A DNA stretch of 64,000 nt, taken from the NCBI RefSeq assembly GCF_006345805.1, contig NC_042998.1, forward strand, positions 147,622,001 to 147,686,000, read 5' to 3'. This stretch comes from Octopus sinensis (lineage: Eukaryota). The translations under genes were made by a program, and so were the position numbers. Positions 48,646 through 62,190 of the stretch are shown piece after piece (the stretch's first letter is position 1; each line of letters opens with the position of its first letter). Under the pieces are notes generated by a model, which ran no database searches, was not told the origin of the DNA, and saw only the letters and a program-made list of their open reading frames with translations.

Positions 48646-51600
48646 CAGTAATTTCTGTCGCAGAAAATTCCCTACGTATTAACTTAAAACCTGTTGTTCC
48701 TTCGTCGTTATTCCTTTCCCCAAAGATACCCTAAATTCCCTACGAAATATTTTCTCTCTCTCTTATTTATATTATGTTTTACTCGAACCCCGAAGTTTCT
48801 AGATGTTCAGTAATTTCTGTCGCAGAAAATTCCCTACGTATTAACTTAAAACCTGTTGTTCCTTCGAGGTGACCCCGACCCCCCACCCATCCACCAGAAC
48901 CAGAAGTTTCTTTTCCTATCTTTCTTGACCCCCCCCCGCACTCCTATGTAGGGTTTATTGTGATCATATAGCGCAAAAACTGTGAAATTTATGCAGGTTG
49001 TAGTCTAGAGTCTCAGTATGATATCTGGCAAATGCAAGCTTTCTTTTCAGGTACATAACACTGCTGTCCCTCATCCCAGGGTCTCAGAGGCCCACACCTC
49101 CCACACCCTCAGGGTGGGCACCCTCAACGTTGGCACATTGAAAGGTAGGTCTGGCGAGATAGTCGAGATGCTTGAACGGAGACGTGTTGATGTATGTTGT
49201 ATGCAAGAAATAAGGTGGAGAGGAGGATCTGCTAGGGTCCTCACAGGCAAGGAACACAGGTACAAGATTTTCTGGGCAGGGAACACTGACGGGGTTGGTG
49301 GCGTGGGTATACTTATCGCTGAGAAATGGATAGATAGAGTAATTGAGGTAATCAGAGTAAGTGACAGAATACTTAAGATTAGAATAGTGCTTCATAATAG
49401 ATTAGCAACCATTATATCGGCCTATGCCCCTCAGCCAGGGCTACCCGATGGACCGAAAGACAGTTTCTATGACACCCTACTGCAGACCACCTCATTGACG
49501 AACGACAGGGACCTTCTCTTTGTGGCTGGTGATTTCAATGGGCATGTTGGACGACATGCTGGGGGCTTCCATGGCGTACATGGAGGCTGCTGGAGTTCTG
49601 TGATGCGAATAGTCTTATGGTCTGCAACACTAACTTCAGGAAACCAACAAGCCACCTGGTCACCTACCGATCGGGCCGGCATACTAGCCAAATCGACTAC
49701 ATCCTTGCCAGAAAAAGGGAAAGATGGCTGCTTATAAATGCCAAAACCTTCCCAGGCGAAGAATGCACCCCACAACATAGACTGGTAGTTAGTGACTTTA
49801 GGATCAGGACTAAGAGGGCGACTAGAAGACGACCAACATGGAGAAGAAGGGTCTGGAAGCTTAAAGACCCTGCGAATGGACAGAGATTTAGAGATATGTT
49901 ACTTGAAGCCTTTGACGAAGTGGAAGGGGTATAGCTACACATGGGGTAGAAGACAACTGGACGTTTCTGAGGGACAACCTGCTGAAAGCCGCTGACCAGA
50001 TCTGTGGCTGGTGCAAAGTCCCCTTAAGACCCAAAATAACGTGGTGGTGGAACAATATTGTTGACAGGGCTATTAGACAAAAGAAACAGGCTTGGAAGGC
50101 CTGGAAGAACGGTGGTAGCAGGGAAGGGTATCAGACTGCCAGAAGGGAAGCTAGGAGACAGGTCTATCTAGCCAGAGGGGAAGCAGATAAGAGAAAATTT
50201 GCCAATGTCCTGCGCCGTGAGGATGAAAGACTTGAGGTATTTCGTGTTGCAAGACAGTGTGTGAGAGAGAATCGTGATGTGGTAGGAGAGAAATGTGTTC
50301 GCATGGAGGATGGTTCGCTTGCGCTAAATGAGGATGCAAAGAGAGAAGCTTGGAGACGCCACTATGAAAGGTTGCTGAATGAGGAAAGAGAGTCTGCCGA
50401 ATGTTGACCCTACAGAGGGACCAGCTATCCGAGTTGATAGTTCCGTGGTAGCTAAGGCAATTAGAAGCATGAAGACAGGGAAAGCCCCAGGCCCATCAGG
50501 AATTACTGCAGAGATGCTCAAAATATCTGGCAGTGTCGGCTATAACCTAGTCACCCGTATAGTCAACCAGGTGATACACGAAGGAGTCATACCCAATGAC
50601 TGGTGCAGCAGCATACTAGTCAACTGCTACAAAGGTAAAGGTGATGCCCTAGATACAAATAATTACAGAGGTATCAAGCTGTTGGATCAAGTAATGAAGG
50701 TTACGGAGAGGGTCATAGCCCAACTAATTAGAGAGAGAGTTAGTTTAGATGAGATGCAGTTTGGGTTCGTGCCAGGGAAAAGTACCACTGATGCTATATT
50801 CCTGGTAAGGCAGCTGCAGGAGAAATACCTAGCCAAAGATAAGCCCCTGTACCTGGCTTTTGTTGACATGGAGAAAGCTTTTGATAGGGTCCCCCGATCC
50901 CTTATCTGGTGGTCAATGAGGAAACTAGGGATAGATGAATGGCTGGTGAGGACTGTGCAAGCCATGTACAGAGATGCCGTAAGTAAGGTTAGGGTTGGCA
51001 ACATGTACACAGAAGAATTCAAAGTAGAGGTTGGGTCCACCAGGTTCAGTACTCAGCCCCCTCCTATTTATCATAGTACTCCAGGCAATTACGGAGGAAT
51101 TCAAGACTGGCTGTCCCTGGGAGCTCCTCTACGCTGACGACCTTGCTCTTATTGCTGAGTCACTATCAGAACTGGAGGAGAAGTTCCAGGTGTGGAAGGA
51201 GGGTTTAGAATCAAGGGGCCTTAGAGTCAACCTAGCTAAAACCAAAGTACTAATAAGTAGAAAGGTAGACAATCCACAAATATCTTCAGGAAGATGGCCC
51301 TGCTCGATCTGTAGAAAAGGTGTAGGTAGAAACTCATAAGATGTACCCAGTGTAAGCTATGGACACATAAGAGGTGCAGCAATGTCAAAGGTAGGCTAAC
51401 TGGGAAGATAGTTTTTGTATGTGGCAGATGCTCGGGAGCATTAACCTCCGAAAATCTGCAGAAAACAACTTCCGTCACTTTCCAGGGGGAAAAACTAGAA
51501 GTAGTTGATAGCTTCCGTTATCTAGGTGACCAAGTCAGTAGTGGGGGTGGGTACGCTGAAAGTGTAACTGCTATAAGAATAGCCTGGGCAAAGTTTAGGG

Positions 51601-52900
51601 AGCTCTTACCTCTGCTGGTGACTAAAGGCCTCTCGCTCAGAGTAAAAGGCAGACTGTATGATGCGTGTGTACGAACAGCCATGCTACATGGCAGTGAAAC
51701 ATGGGCCGTGACTGCTGAGGACATGCGTAAGCTCGTGAGGAATGAAGCCAGTATGCTCCGATGGATGTGTAATGTCAGTGTACATACTCGACAGAGCGTT
51801 TGCACCTTGAGAGAAATGTTGTACCTAAGAAGCATCAGTTGTGGTGTGCAAGAGAGACGATTGTGCTGGTATGGTCATGTGGCGAGAATGGATGAAGATG
51901 GGTGTGTGAGAAAGTGCCAATCCCTAGCAGTTGAGGGAACCCGTGGAAGAGGTAGACCCAGGAAAACCTGGGACGAGGTGGTGAAGCACGACCTTCGAAC
52001 TTTAGGCCTCATTGAGGAAATGACCAGCGACCGAGACCTTTGGAAATATTCTGTACGTGAGAAGACCAGGCAGGACATGTGAGCCCAGCCCACTTATGAA
52101 TGCCTTTCCTCCCTTGGACACAAAGACCGGTTGAGGCAAGCGAAGTCGATATAGAACCTCATCCGACGACAGACACCCATGCCAACCCCCCATGCTTGCG
52201 AAGACATGTTGAGGCAATCGAAATCGAAACCGAATTGAACCAGCCAGGATCCCTGGCCTGGTGGTACGTAAAAAGCACTATCCGACTCGTGGCCGTGGCA
52301 CGTAAAATACTCCAATGCGACCGTACGACAGGCACCCATGCCAACCCCCCCTTTGCTTGTGAAGACATGTTGGGGCAAGTGAAATCGAAATCGAATTGAA
52401 CCAGCCAGGATCCCTGGTCTGGTGGTACGTAAAAAGCACTATCCGACTCGCGGCCGTGGCACGTAAAATACTCCAATGCGACCGTACGACAGGCACCCAT
52501 GCCAACCCCCTTTGCTTGTGAAGACATGTTGGGGCAAGCGAAATCGAAATCGAATTGAACCAGCCAGGATCCCTGGTCTGGTGGTACGTAAAAAGCACTA
52601 TCCGACTCGTGGCCGATGCCAGCACCGCCTCGACTGGCTTCCGTGCCGGTGGCACATAAAATACACCAATCTGACCGTGGCCGTTGCCAGCCCCGCCTGG
52701 CACCTGTGCAGGTGGCACGTAAAAAGCACCCACTACACTCACGGAGTGGTTGGCGTTAGGAAGGGCATCCAGCTGTAGAAACATTGCCAGATTAGACTGG
52801 AGCCTGGTGCAGCCTTCTGGCTTCCCAGAACCCTGGTCGAACCGTCCAACCCATGCTAGCATGGAGAACGGACGTTAAACGATGATGATGATGATGATGA
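48645..52900 (+). mobile_element. Near-full-length decayed RTE-clade LINE, copy 2
   Basis: 5' UTR, single ORF 49018-52082 broken by several frameshifts, 3' UTR with ~160-bp triplication (52167-52615), (GAT)n tail. Confidence 0.95.
49018..52082 (+). pseudogene. RTE polyprotein: APE endonuclease - RT - PHD insert - C-terminal domain (frameshifted)
   Basis: GTLNV, QEIRW, SAYAP, AGDFNGHVG, SQIDYIL, PQHRLV; AFVDMEKAFD, LYADD, FRYLG; frame breaks near 49590, 49930, 50380, 51035, 51335. Confidence 0.92.
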
Positions 52901-53699
52901 TATATATATATATATTATATATATATATATATATAACAGTGTTATATGCAATTGAAGAATTATCAGTTTTTTCTTGTCAAACCAGTAAGTTATGGGGAAG
53001 TAAATAAACAGACAGCAGTTGTGAAGCAGAGATGAGGGCAAAACACAGAAACAAAGACACACACATACACTTACATATATATATATACGATTGATTTCTT
53101 TCAGTTTCTGTCTACGAAATCCATATATACATGCACGCACGCACACACACACTCACACACACAAAGATAAATTGATAGATACAACTAAGTGGGCAAACAA
53201 AAATATGAGACACTGCCTAGTGCTTTTTTATTATTTTGATAAGCCTGGTACTTATTCTATCAGTTTCTTCTTGTGAAACCAGTAAGTTATGGGAATGTAA
53301 ATAAATGAACAGCAGTTGTGAAGTGTGAGAAGGGCGAAGCACAGAGACAAAAACACACACACATACACTTACGTATATACATACATATATATATATATGA
53401 TTGATTTCTGTCTACGAAATCCACACACACACACACACACTCACACAAAGCTGACTGCTTATAGTGATCATTCGTCTCTTTGTTTCCTGTAGCTTTGCTC
53501 TCTTTTGTAAACCCAATGAACATATATTTCCTATTTCAAAGAAATTCAAACAATAGATATAAGACCTAAGTTAAAAAGATTCTCAACAATTCAACTTCTC
53601 TGGTTGACATTAAGACACCCACCCCCAATACTTAACTGCCACATTTTAGAGCTCAATGACTTCCATTTTTCAGGTTGGTTCTATAAGACTGGAATTTTA

Positions 53700-53902
53700 G
53701 AATCTGTGTATAAAAATCAGTAGCATGCGATACGTGTGTCATGATTACAATTTTTTAGGATGTGTAAAGAGGGAAATAACCCTCATCTGCAATTTTGATG
53801 AAATTCGAATCATAGGTATTCCAATTCATTACAGAAAATATAGCTGAAAAGTCTAATTCTTCAATTGCATGTAACACTGGCAACGCGGGGTATCTCTGCT
53901 AG
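53700..53902 (+). mobile_element. Helitron-like 3' end
   Basis: Degenerate GC hairpin ctggcaacgcggg followed by CTAG|T at 53899-53902; start uncertain. Confidence 0.45.
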
Positions 53903-53914
53903 TATATATATATA

Positions 53915-54887
53915 TCTGTAGGAAAGGCGTAGGTAGAAACTCTATAAGATGCACCAAGTGTAAGCTATGGACACACAAGAGGTGCAGCAACGTCAAGGGA
54001 AGGCTAACTAGGAGTATGCTCCGATGGATGTGTAATGTCAGTGTTCATACTCGACAGAGTGTAAGTACCTTGAGAGAGAAGTTGGACCTAAGAAGCATCA
54101 GTTGCGGTGTGCAAGAGAGACGTTTGCGCTGGTATGGCCATGTGGCGAGAATGGATGAAGATAGTTGTGTGAAAAAGTGCCACACCCTAGCTGTTGAGGG
54201 AATCTGTAGAAGAGGCAGACCCAGGAAAACCTGGGACGAGGTGGTGAAGTACGACCTTCGAACTTTAGGTCTCACCGAGGAAATGACTAGAGACCGAGAC
54301 CTTTGGAAGTATGCTGTGCATGAGAAGACCTGGCAGGACAAGTGAGACCATCACCCATGGCCTCAGTCCACTTATGCATACCTCTCTTTCTTGGGACACA
54401 AACCCTACTTGTGAAGACTTGTTGAGGCAAGTGAAAATCAAAAAATCAAAAAATCAAAAATCAAAATTGATCAACTTGAATGGAAATTGTCGCTGTGATA
54501 TCAGTGCTGGTGGCACATAAGAGAACCATCTGAACGTGGCCGTTGCCAGTGCTGCCCTGACTGGCTTCCGTGCCGGTGGCACGTAAAAAGCACCATCCAA
54601 TCGTGACTGTTGCCACCCTCGCCTGGGCTCCGTGCCGGTGGCACGTAAAAGCACCATCCGACCGTGGCCGTTTGCCAGACTTGTCTGGCACCTGTGCAGG
54701 TGGCACGTAAAAAGCACCCACTACACTCATGGAGTGGTTGGCGTTAGGAAGGGCATCCAGCCGTAGAAACATTGCCAGATCAGACTGGGCCTGGTGCAGC
54801 CTTCTGGCTTCCCAGACCCCAGTTGCACCGTCCAACCCATGCTAGCATGGAAAAAGGACGCTAAACGATGATGATGATGATGATGAT
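53915..54887 (+). mobile_element. Truncated, internally deleted RTE copy
   Basis: Begins inside the PHD (ICRKGVGRNSIRCTKCKLWTHKRC), jumps at ~54013 to SMLRW; full 3' UTR and tail. Confidence 0.92.
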
Positions 54888-54949
54888 GTATAAATATATA
54901 TATATATGTATATATACATATATATATATGTGTTTGTGTGTGTGTATCG

Positions 54950-55735
54950 GTGGCTGGCAATATACGGAGTTCTCAGTCTTATCATTAAAAGCATGACACT
55001 GAGTATTAGTATTTTTGGTCGATAACTGATGAAGCATTAGGGTCCTTGTGTCTGTTCTACATGTATGTTTCGTAGTATTTAATGCATTTTTCATTTATGG
55101 AATAACTGAATACCACATGTCCCAACTTTTGTTAACTGTAAGTTTGTATGTTCTATTTTACTTTCTTTCTCTCTTGTCTTAATATTCCTTTTCTGGTACT
55201 CCTACTTCCTCTCTCCCTCTCTCGTCTTCCCACACTTAATTGTAGACTTCCTCCCTTCTTTCTCCTATTTCCTCTCTCTCACTGCTACTCTCTCATCCTC
55301 CTTCCCTTCTATCTTCAGCCTACACATGACCCTTGACTAATTTTCTATTTTTGCTTTTTCACCACTGAACGTCTAGTGTGCAGGTCAGCTTTTTCTCCTC
55401 TCTTACTAATTCTGTTTTATATCCATTTGAGGATTCTTTCCAAGTGTTAATCCATCATCCTGTGTTTGGTCAAACAGCTTTATTTATTGTCTTCATCTAT
55501 CGTTTCAAATTACATTTGTTTACTTTCATACATCCACCTTGTATTGTTTTGTTTGCTTGATCCCTAATTCTACACAAATCTTGTGGGTGCCACCAGTATA
55601 TGAAGTTCCCAGTCTTATTGTAAAAGGCATGAAAATGGGTATTAGTATTTTTGATTGGTAACTGATGAAGCATTAGGGTCTTTGTGTCTGCCCTGTGTGT
55701 ACGTTTTGTAGCATTTAATACATTTATCATTTATA
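54950..55735 (+). repeat. Diverged ~145-bp direct repeats (54950-55095, 55585-55735), possible Penelope terminal repeats
   Basis: Shared gtattagtattttt..taactgatgaagcattagggtc..tgtgtctg. Confidence 0.55.
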
Positions 55736-55739
55736 TATC

Positions 55740-56090
55740 ATTATCATCATCATCGTTTAATGTCCGTTTTCCATGCTGGCATGGGTTGGACGGTTTGACT
55801 GAGGTCTGGAAAGCCAGCAGCTGCAGCAGGCTCCAGTCTGATCTGGCAATGTTTCTACAGCTGAATGCCCTTCCAACCACTCCGAGAGTGTAGTGGGTGC
55901 TTTTTACATGCCACTGGCACAGGAGCCAGCTAGGAAGCCCTGGCATCGATCATGTTTGGACAGTGCTTTTTACATGCCACCGGTACAGGAATCAGTGAGG
56001 CGGACCTGGCATTGATCACGTTTGGATGGTGCTTTTCACGTGCCACCAGTATGGGAGCCAGTCAAAGGGGCACTGCATCGACCATGTTAT
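55740..56090 (-). mobile_element. RTE 3' UTR fragment
   Basis: (CAT)n, ccatgctggcatggg, three gtgctttt(t)acatgccac-type modules. Confidence 0.8.
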
Positions 56091-56411
56091 ATATATATAA
56101 TGGTCAGCGCCTGTGAAACTGTTTAAGCCATGCCAGCATGGAAAATGGACATTAACTGATGATGATGATATATTACAGACTTCTTTCAATTTTTCTCTAC
56201 CAAATCCACTCACATGGCTTTGATCAGCTTAGGGCTAGTAGAAAGCCATTACCCAAAGTGCTGCATAAGGGAATTGAACCCAAAACCACATATCTGGAAA
56301 ACATGTTTCTTAATCACACAGCCATGTCTCTGCCAGTCTGAAGATGTCTGAAAATTAGATGAGACTGGCAAGGATGGAATGTCTACTCAATCAGGACCAA
56401 CTAGGTTTTAA

Positions 56412-56464
56412 ACAACAACAACAACAACAACAGCAGCAGCAACAGCAGCAGCAGCAGCAGCATC

Positions 56465-56498
<34 letters not shown>

Positions 56499-56532
56499 GC
56501 AACAGCAGCAGCAGCAGCCACAACAATAACAA
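56412..56532. repeat. (CAA)/(CAG) compound microsatellite
   Basis: Directly visible. Confidence 0.9.
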
Positions 56533-57143
56533 CATAATTACTCTGTATATTGGCTTTTATTGAAGATTATTATTTTCCTTAGGAGTGAAAGTTGGAGGAT
56601 CTGATGTGGGTGGAATCTTTTCCATATTTCCACAGCATCTTTAGCGTAGAAGTGTTAGTGGTGGTGGTGGTGGTGGTGGTGGTGATGGTGATGGTGATTG
56701 TCTGGTGGTGGATAGGGGTGGGATGATTGTATGATGATGGTTGTAGTTATGGTGATGATGGTGAAATTGGCGCAGATGATGATGATGATGATGATGATGA
56801 TGACAATGACCACAAGAATGATGATGATTCAAAGCAGTTCCTGCTTAGTTAATGTAAAATCATTTGATCTGTTTCTAACTGCTTCCCTCCCCTCTCTCTC
56901 TCTCTCCCTCTCTCTTTCTTTCTCTCTCTCCCTCTCTCTTTCTTTCTCTCTCCTCCCCTCTCTCTCTGTGACTCATACCAATACAATATTGGCTTTTAAT
57001 GGACAATGTTTATGAAGCAATGATGGCTATCATCAGTAAAGCTACAGATATCAGCAGAAGGAAATGCTAATAATAATGATAATAATAATAATATAATAAT
57101 AATAATAAAATAATAATAATAATAATAATAATAATAATCCTTA

Positions 57144-57415
57144 GTCAAGTACTGGGGTCGATATAATCGACTTAATCCATTAGTCTGTCCTTGTTCGTCC
57201 TCTCTGTGTTTAGCCCTTGCCGGTAGATAAGAAATAGGTATTTCGTCTGCCGTTACGTTCTGGGTTCAAATTCTGCCAAGGTCATCTTTGCCTTTCATCC
57301 TTTCGGGGTTGATTAAATAAGTACCAGTTACGCACTGGGGTCGATGTAATCGACTTAATCCCTTTGTCCTTGTTTGTCCCCTCTATGTTTAGCTCCCTGT
57401 GGGCAATAAAGAAAT
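57144..57415 (+). mobile_element. SINE family C-related tandem unit
   Basis: gggttcaaattc B-box, tttgcctttcatcctttcggggttgattaaataagtaccag, duplicated 3' part ending aagaaata. Confidence 0.7.
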
Positions 57416-58114
57416 ATATATATACATACATACACACACACATCTACCTTTGTCACTTACCTGGCACCATGCAGCTCTTGAAGACGGAACTTAAACTAGA
57501 GAGCATAAAACTTTTTCTGTTTATTTCTTTTTATTGCTATATATATTCACACACACAAACACACAAATGCACATAATTCATGCATATGTACATTCATTCA
57601 TTCATACATACATACATACATACATACATACATACATACATACATACATACATACATACATGTTTTTTAAAACTTTTCTTTGTTATTTCACTGGTACCAT
57701 CCTTTTTTGGGGGACTGGTGTAGAGACAAAACATTTTTCTCAGCCTATTTCGTTTTATCGGCCCTGTCTGCATGGCAAAATACAAAAAGAAAAATATTGA
57801 CAGAATGAAAAAATTAAGTTGATCAGAGGGGCCCCCTCAGGTACTATGGGCCCTGAAGCTTAAGCTTCATTAGTTTTATAGTAGATCTGCCACTGAATGT
57901 CACATCACAAAGTGGAATACTTCATTCAATGAGACTTCACTGAACAGAAGGTTTTATATTTTATTTTATTTTTTTCTATATATTGTTTCCATCATCATCC
58001 AGCATTTATCAACATCCTGTTTAAATTTACATCATATTATAGGTTGATGTCCTATTCAACTGAGTCAATAACTCAGTCATTCAGCTGTGGGTAGTATTAT
58101 CTTATAGTAGTAGT

Positions 58115-58444
58115 AGGAGCACTCCGTCGGTTACGACGATGAGGGTCCCAGCTGATACGATCAACGGAACAGCTTGCTTGTGGAATTAACGTGCAAGTGG
58201 CTCAGCACTCCACAGACACGTGTACCCTTAACGTAGTTCTCGAGGAGATTCAGCGTGACACAGAGTGTGTCAAGGCTGGCCCTTTGAAATACAGGTACAA
58301 CAGAAACAGGAAGAAAGAGTGAGAGAAAGTTGTGGTGAAAGAGTACAGCAGGGTTCACCACCACCCCCTGCAGGAGCCTCGTGAAGCTTTAGGTGTTTTT
58401 GCTCAATAAACACTCACAATGCCCGGTCTGGGAATCAAAACCGC
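58115..58444 (-). mobile_element. SINE family B copy (5'-truncated head)
   Basis: Ends gcccggtctgggaatcaaaaccgc, the reverse complement of the head at 60503-60577. Confidence 0.75.
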
Positions 58445-58684
58445 AGGAATAAATTACGTATATGTTTGTAGGCATATACACACAAGCACGTGTGTTTGTG
58501 TGTGTATATACATACATATATATATATATACTTTATAATTAGGGTTCTGCAAAGATTTGCTTTACCACATACCATGAAATGGTCCTATTTCATGCCAAAT
58601 TCTACTTGGTGAAATTATTGATTACTACTTAATTAATTAATTTTACCCTTTGTTATTATTGATATATACAAATTTTCTTTTTTT

Positions 58685-59078
58685 TTTCACTTGTTTCAGT
58701 CATTTGACTGCGGCCATGCTGGAGCACCGCCTTTAGCCGAGCAAATCGGCCCCAGGACCTATTCTTTGTAAGCCCAGTACTTATTCTATCAGTCTCTTTT
58801 GCCGAACCGCTAAGTGACGGGGACGTAAACACACCAGCATCGGTTGTCAGGCAATGCTAGGGGGACAAACACAGACACACAAACACATACACACACATAC
58901 ATATATACATATATACGACAGGCTTCTTTCAGTTTCCATCTACCAAATTCACTCACAAGGCATTGGTCGGCCTGGGGCTATAGCAGAAGACACTTGCCCA
59001 AGATGCCACGCAGTGGGACTGAACCCGGAACCATGTGGTTGGTTAGCAAGCTACTTACCACACAGCCACTCCTGCGCC
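58685..59078 (-). mobile_element. SINE family A, complete young copy
   Basis: Minus: ggcgcaggagtggctgtgtggtaag (A-box)...gggttcagtccc (B-box)...ttgggcaagtgtcttct...gactgaaacaagtg. Confidence 0.88.
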
Positions 59079-59309
59079 TATATATATATATATATTGTAA
59101 ATCTTTATTTAGTATCAAGTAAGTTGTGTGTGTGTGTGTGAAGGAAATGCTCAATACATCATCAATGTAAAGCTAAGAGCTTCTGTTGCTGACAATGTAG
59201 CATTAGCCAGTGGCCATCTCAGCAGCTGTTTCGATGTTTTAGGCTTATTGTCAAAGCTATGGTACCACAGAATATTGCCTTTGAGAAGATCCACAGACAC
59301 ACATACACA

Positions 59310-59898
59310 GGGTGCAGGCATGGGTAGGCACAGCTGTGTGGTAAGAAGGTTGCTTCCCAACCCTTTGATTCTGGGTTCAGTCCCACTGTGTGGTATCTTG
59401 GGCAAATGTCTTCTACTATAGCCTTGGGTCAACCAAATCCTTGTGAATGGATTTGGTAGGCAAAAACTGAAAGAAGCCCATTGTGTATGTGAGTGTGTTT
59501 TTATGTCTGTTCACCATCACCAATTGGTGTTGGTTTGTTTACATCCCCATAACTTAGTTCAGCAAGAGAAACTGATAAAATAAGTACTAGGCTTTTAAAA
59601 ACAAAAATTTTTGGTGTTGATTCATTCAGTTAAAAATTCTTGGAGGTGATGCCCCAGCATGGCCACAGTCTAATGCAGTATTTCTCAACATGTACAACAT
59701 GCTATTGGTTATTGTAATATAGACATCATCCTATCTAACCTATTATGTTATCAAAAAAATATAACCACCATATATATATGAAAGTTCTGGTATGTAATTA
59801 TTTTTGTGCAGGGGCTCCTTGAGACATGTAATTTATTTTAAGGGCTCCGCAAGGGTAAAAAGGTTGAGAAACACTGGTCTGAAACAAGTAAAAGATAA
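59310..59898 (+). mobile_element. SINE family A copy interrupted by a hAT MITE
   Basis: SINE sequence stops at 59675 and resumes at 59877. Confidence 0.8.
59676..59876. mobile_element. hAT-Charlie-type MITE
   Basis: TIRs cagtatttctcaac / gttgagaaacactg; left target gtctaatg, right side keeps gtct. Confidence 0.78.
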
Positions 59899-60502
59899 AT
59901 GCATTGAAACAGCTGTAATCTTGTTGGGCGATACTTTGTTATTGAAACCCATATATACATCTCTCTTTCCGTTGGGACAGCCATGAATCCCCTCTTCAGC
60001 ATGACACCTGTTGCTGTCCCCTATGTCTTTGGCCTCTCAACACCTGGCACAAAGCTATCTCACTTAATCCTACACCCCCATTCAGCTGTGGGCCCTTCTG
60101 TTGTTGGTTAATTACTTAGTGGCCTCGTTAGTTCTGCTGCTACAAAATATGCACCCAGTACACTCTGTAAAGTGGTTGGCATTATTAGGAAAGGCATCCA
60201 TCCATAGACATCATACGTAAACAGACATTGGAGCTTTGTACAGTTCTCTTGTTCTTCAGTTGCTGACGAACCAGCCCTCCCAATGCCATAGGAAACAGAT
60301 ATTAAACGCTGATAATTATATATTATGGAAATGTGAAAGCATTGAGTTATGAAATAAATAATTTTAATAGTGAATCACAAGGTGATACCGCAATAAATAA
60401 CAATGTAAAATATATTGGGTTTGAAAAATAACCTTTGAGGAGGCCTGGAGCCACGTGAAGGACTTGTATTTTCTGTCCAGGGTTACATACATACAAGAGA
60501 GT

Positions 60503-60577
60503 GGAGGCGCAATGGCCCAGTGGTTAGGGAAGCGGACTCGCGGTCGTAGGATCGCGGTTTCGATTCCCAGACCGGGC
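60503..60577 (+). mobile_element. Isolated tRNA-like head of SINE family B
   Basis: A-box tggcccagtgg, B-box gtttcgattcc; no acceptor stem. Confidence 0.75.
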
Positions 60578-60714
60578 TCATTAGTAGTGGCAGTGGTATT
60601 ATGATTATCATTATTATTATGGTCAACAGACTATAGCACTTACTCAGCGTACCTATTCATTTAGATCACAAGTGAACTAAATTCCTCATATATATATATA
60701 TATATATATATATA

Positions 60715-61253
60715 CTAGCAGTATTGCCCGGCTCAACGGGGATTTCAGGGGAGAGTATCAGGGAGTCGCTGGCGATGCATCGTGATGATAAAAAATTTGC
60801 TAAAATTTGGTTAAAATGATTCAAACTACAGACTCAACACAAAATAGTCATATTTAATTCAAAGCATTAAAAATGTTATGAAAACAATTGGTATGTGTTC
60901 ACAAAGTCCAAACGATTAATATGAAAAAACCCTCCAGGCTACATCCCGAAAATTCATTTCTTTGTCGAATTTCTACAATGTTTACGGCGATTCGTTTTTA
61001 TATCTTGATTTTTTATTTTTCATGCAATTTACACATGCTTGCACGCGTGATGAACACAGTTCACGTCAAACAGCTGACTGAGTAAAGTTCACTATTCAAT
61101 GCACTATTCAATTTTTGCACTTGCGAGATGAATTTCGGAACAAAAATAGTGCAGTTCAATTTTCATTCGCCTAAACTTTAAGTGACACATTTTTGGTGGT
61201 TCTACGATTTGTTGGCACACAGACATGTAAGTTGAGTTTTATATATATATATA
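60715..61253 (-). mobile_element. Non-autonomous Helitron
   Basis: Minus 3' end: cccg(ttgagc)cggg hairpin, 8 nt, CTAG|T in (TA)n; 5' end tatatataaaactc. Confidence 0.7.
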
Positions 61254-61309
61254 TGAATTCATTTCCTCTGCATAGCACCCCCTTTCAGTTTTTTTTTTTT
61301 TTTGGTGGA

Positions 61310-62190
61310 GGTTTCTACAGAAATCCACTTTTTTGACTGCAGAGATTCCAAATCTGCAAAAAAAAAAAATCAGCATTTCAAAATTATAATCAACCTACCG
61401 CATCCTCGCCTCCAATTTTTCACTTTTTTTAGAAACTCTTTTGATGAAATACATAGAAAAATATGGAGATTATTATTCTGAAAAAAAAACTTTTTATAAA
61501 ATTTCAATTTTCCAAAGATAAATAAATAAGTAAACACCTTCCCCTCTGCCAGCACATCTGTGACAGAAAGTAAACATGTTGTGGTTGAGGGTCTTTTGGA
61601 ATTAAGAGAGGTATATAGAATTTAGTTTTTTTTTTTTACACACACACATGACAACAAAATGATATTTAAAAATTTTTTTTATTTTTGATAATTCGTATTT
61701 AGAAAGTGGATTGTCAGTTTGGTTGTTGCTTCTAACTTGTCGAACTTTCTGGTTGGAGCATACTTAAAAATTGAAGATTTTGAAAACCCAAAAAACACGT
61801 TTTCAAAATTTTTATTTTCTCCCTCTACACCCCTCTGACAAAGAAAAAAAAGGGGGTGGGGAAATTAAAATTTTGAAAACGTGATTCGTCATTTCGCTGC
61901 TGTTTCTAGCATGTCAAGTTTTCTGTTTAGATACTTTTTATGTCCGCTATTTTAGTAGGAGGGGAGGGGTGTTTTATTTATTTTATTTTTTTTTTGAAAA
62001 ATTGAAATTTTACAAAATTCTTTTTTCAGAATCATAATCTCTGTATTTTTCTACATATCTCACCAAAAAGAATTTCTAAAAAAAAATGAAAAATTGGCAA
62101 GAGAATTAAAATTTTGAAATGCCGATTTTTTTGCAGATTCAGAATCTCCACGGTAAAAAAAGTGGGTTTCTGTAGAAAAAAAACACCCCT
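61310..62190. mobile_element. Fold-back/MITE-like element with ~240-bp diverged inverted arms
   Basis: 61310-61546 is the reverse complement of 61959-62180 (tttctacagaaatccactttttt / aaaaaaagtgggtttctgtagaaa). Confidence 0.7.

Noticed and set aside
48424-52900. LTR retrotransposon (terminal direct repeats)
   Set aside because: The repeats are non-identical LINE 3' ends with (GAT)n tails; the protein is APE-RT, with no gag, integrase or TG..CA ends
55020-55055. Hammerhead at ctgatgaagcattaggg (also 55662)
   Set aside because: No compatible GAAA and helix II found in any permutation
56412-56532. Polyglutamine coding exon
   Set aside because: Closed by nearby stop codons, with no convincing splice context or flanking coding sequence
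60503-60577. Functional tRNA gene
   Set aside because: Has A and B boxes but no acceptor stem, and matches the head of SINE copies elsewhere in the window
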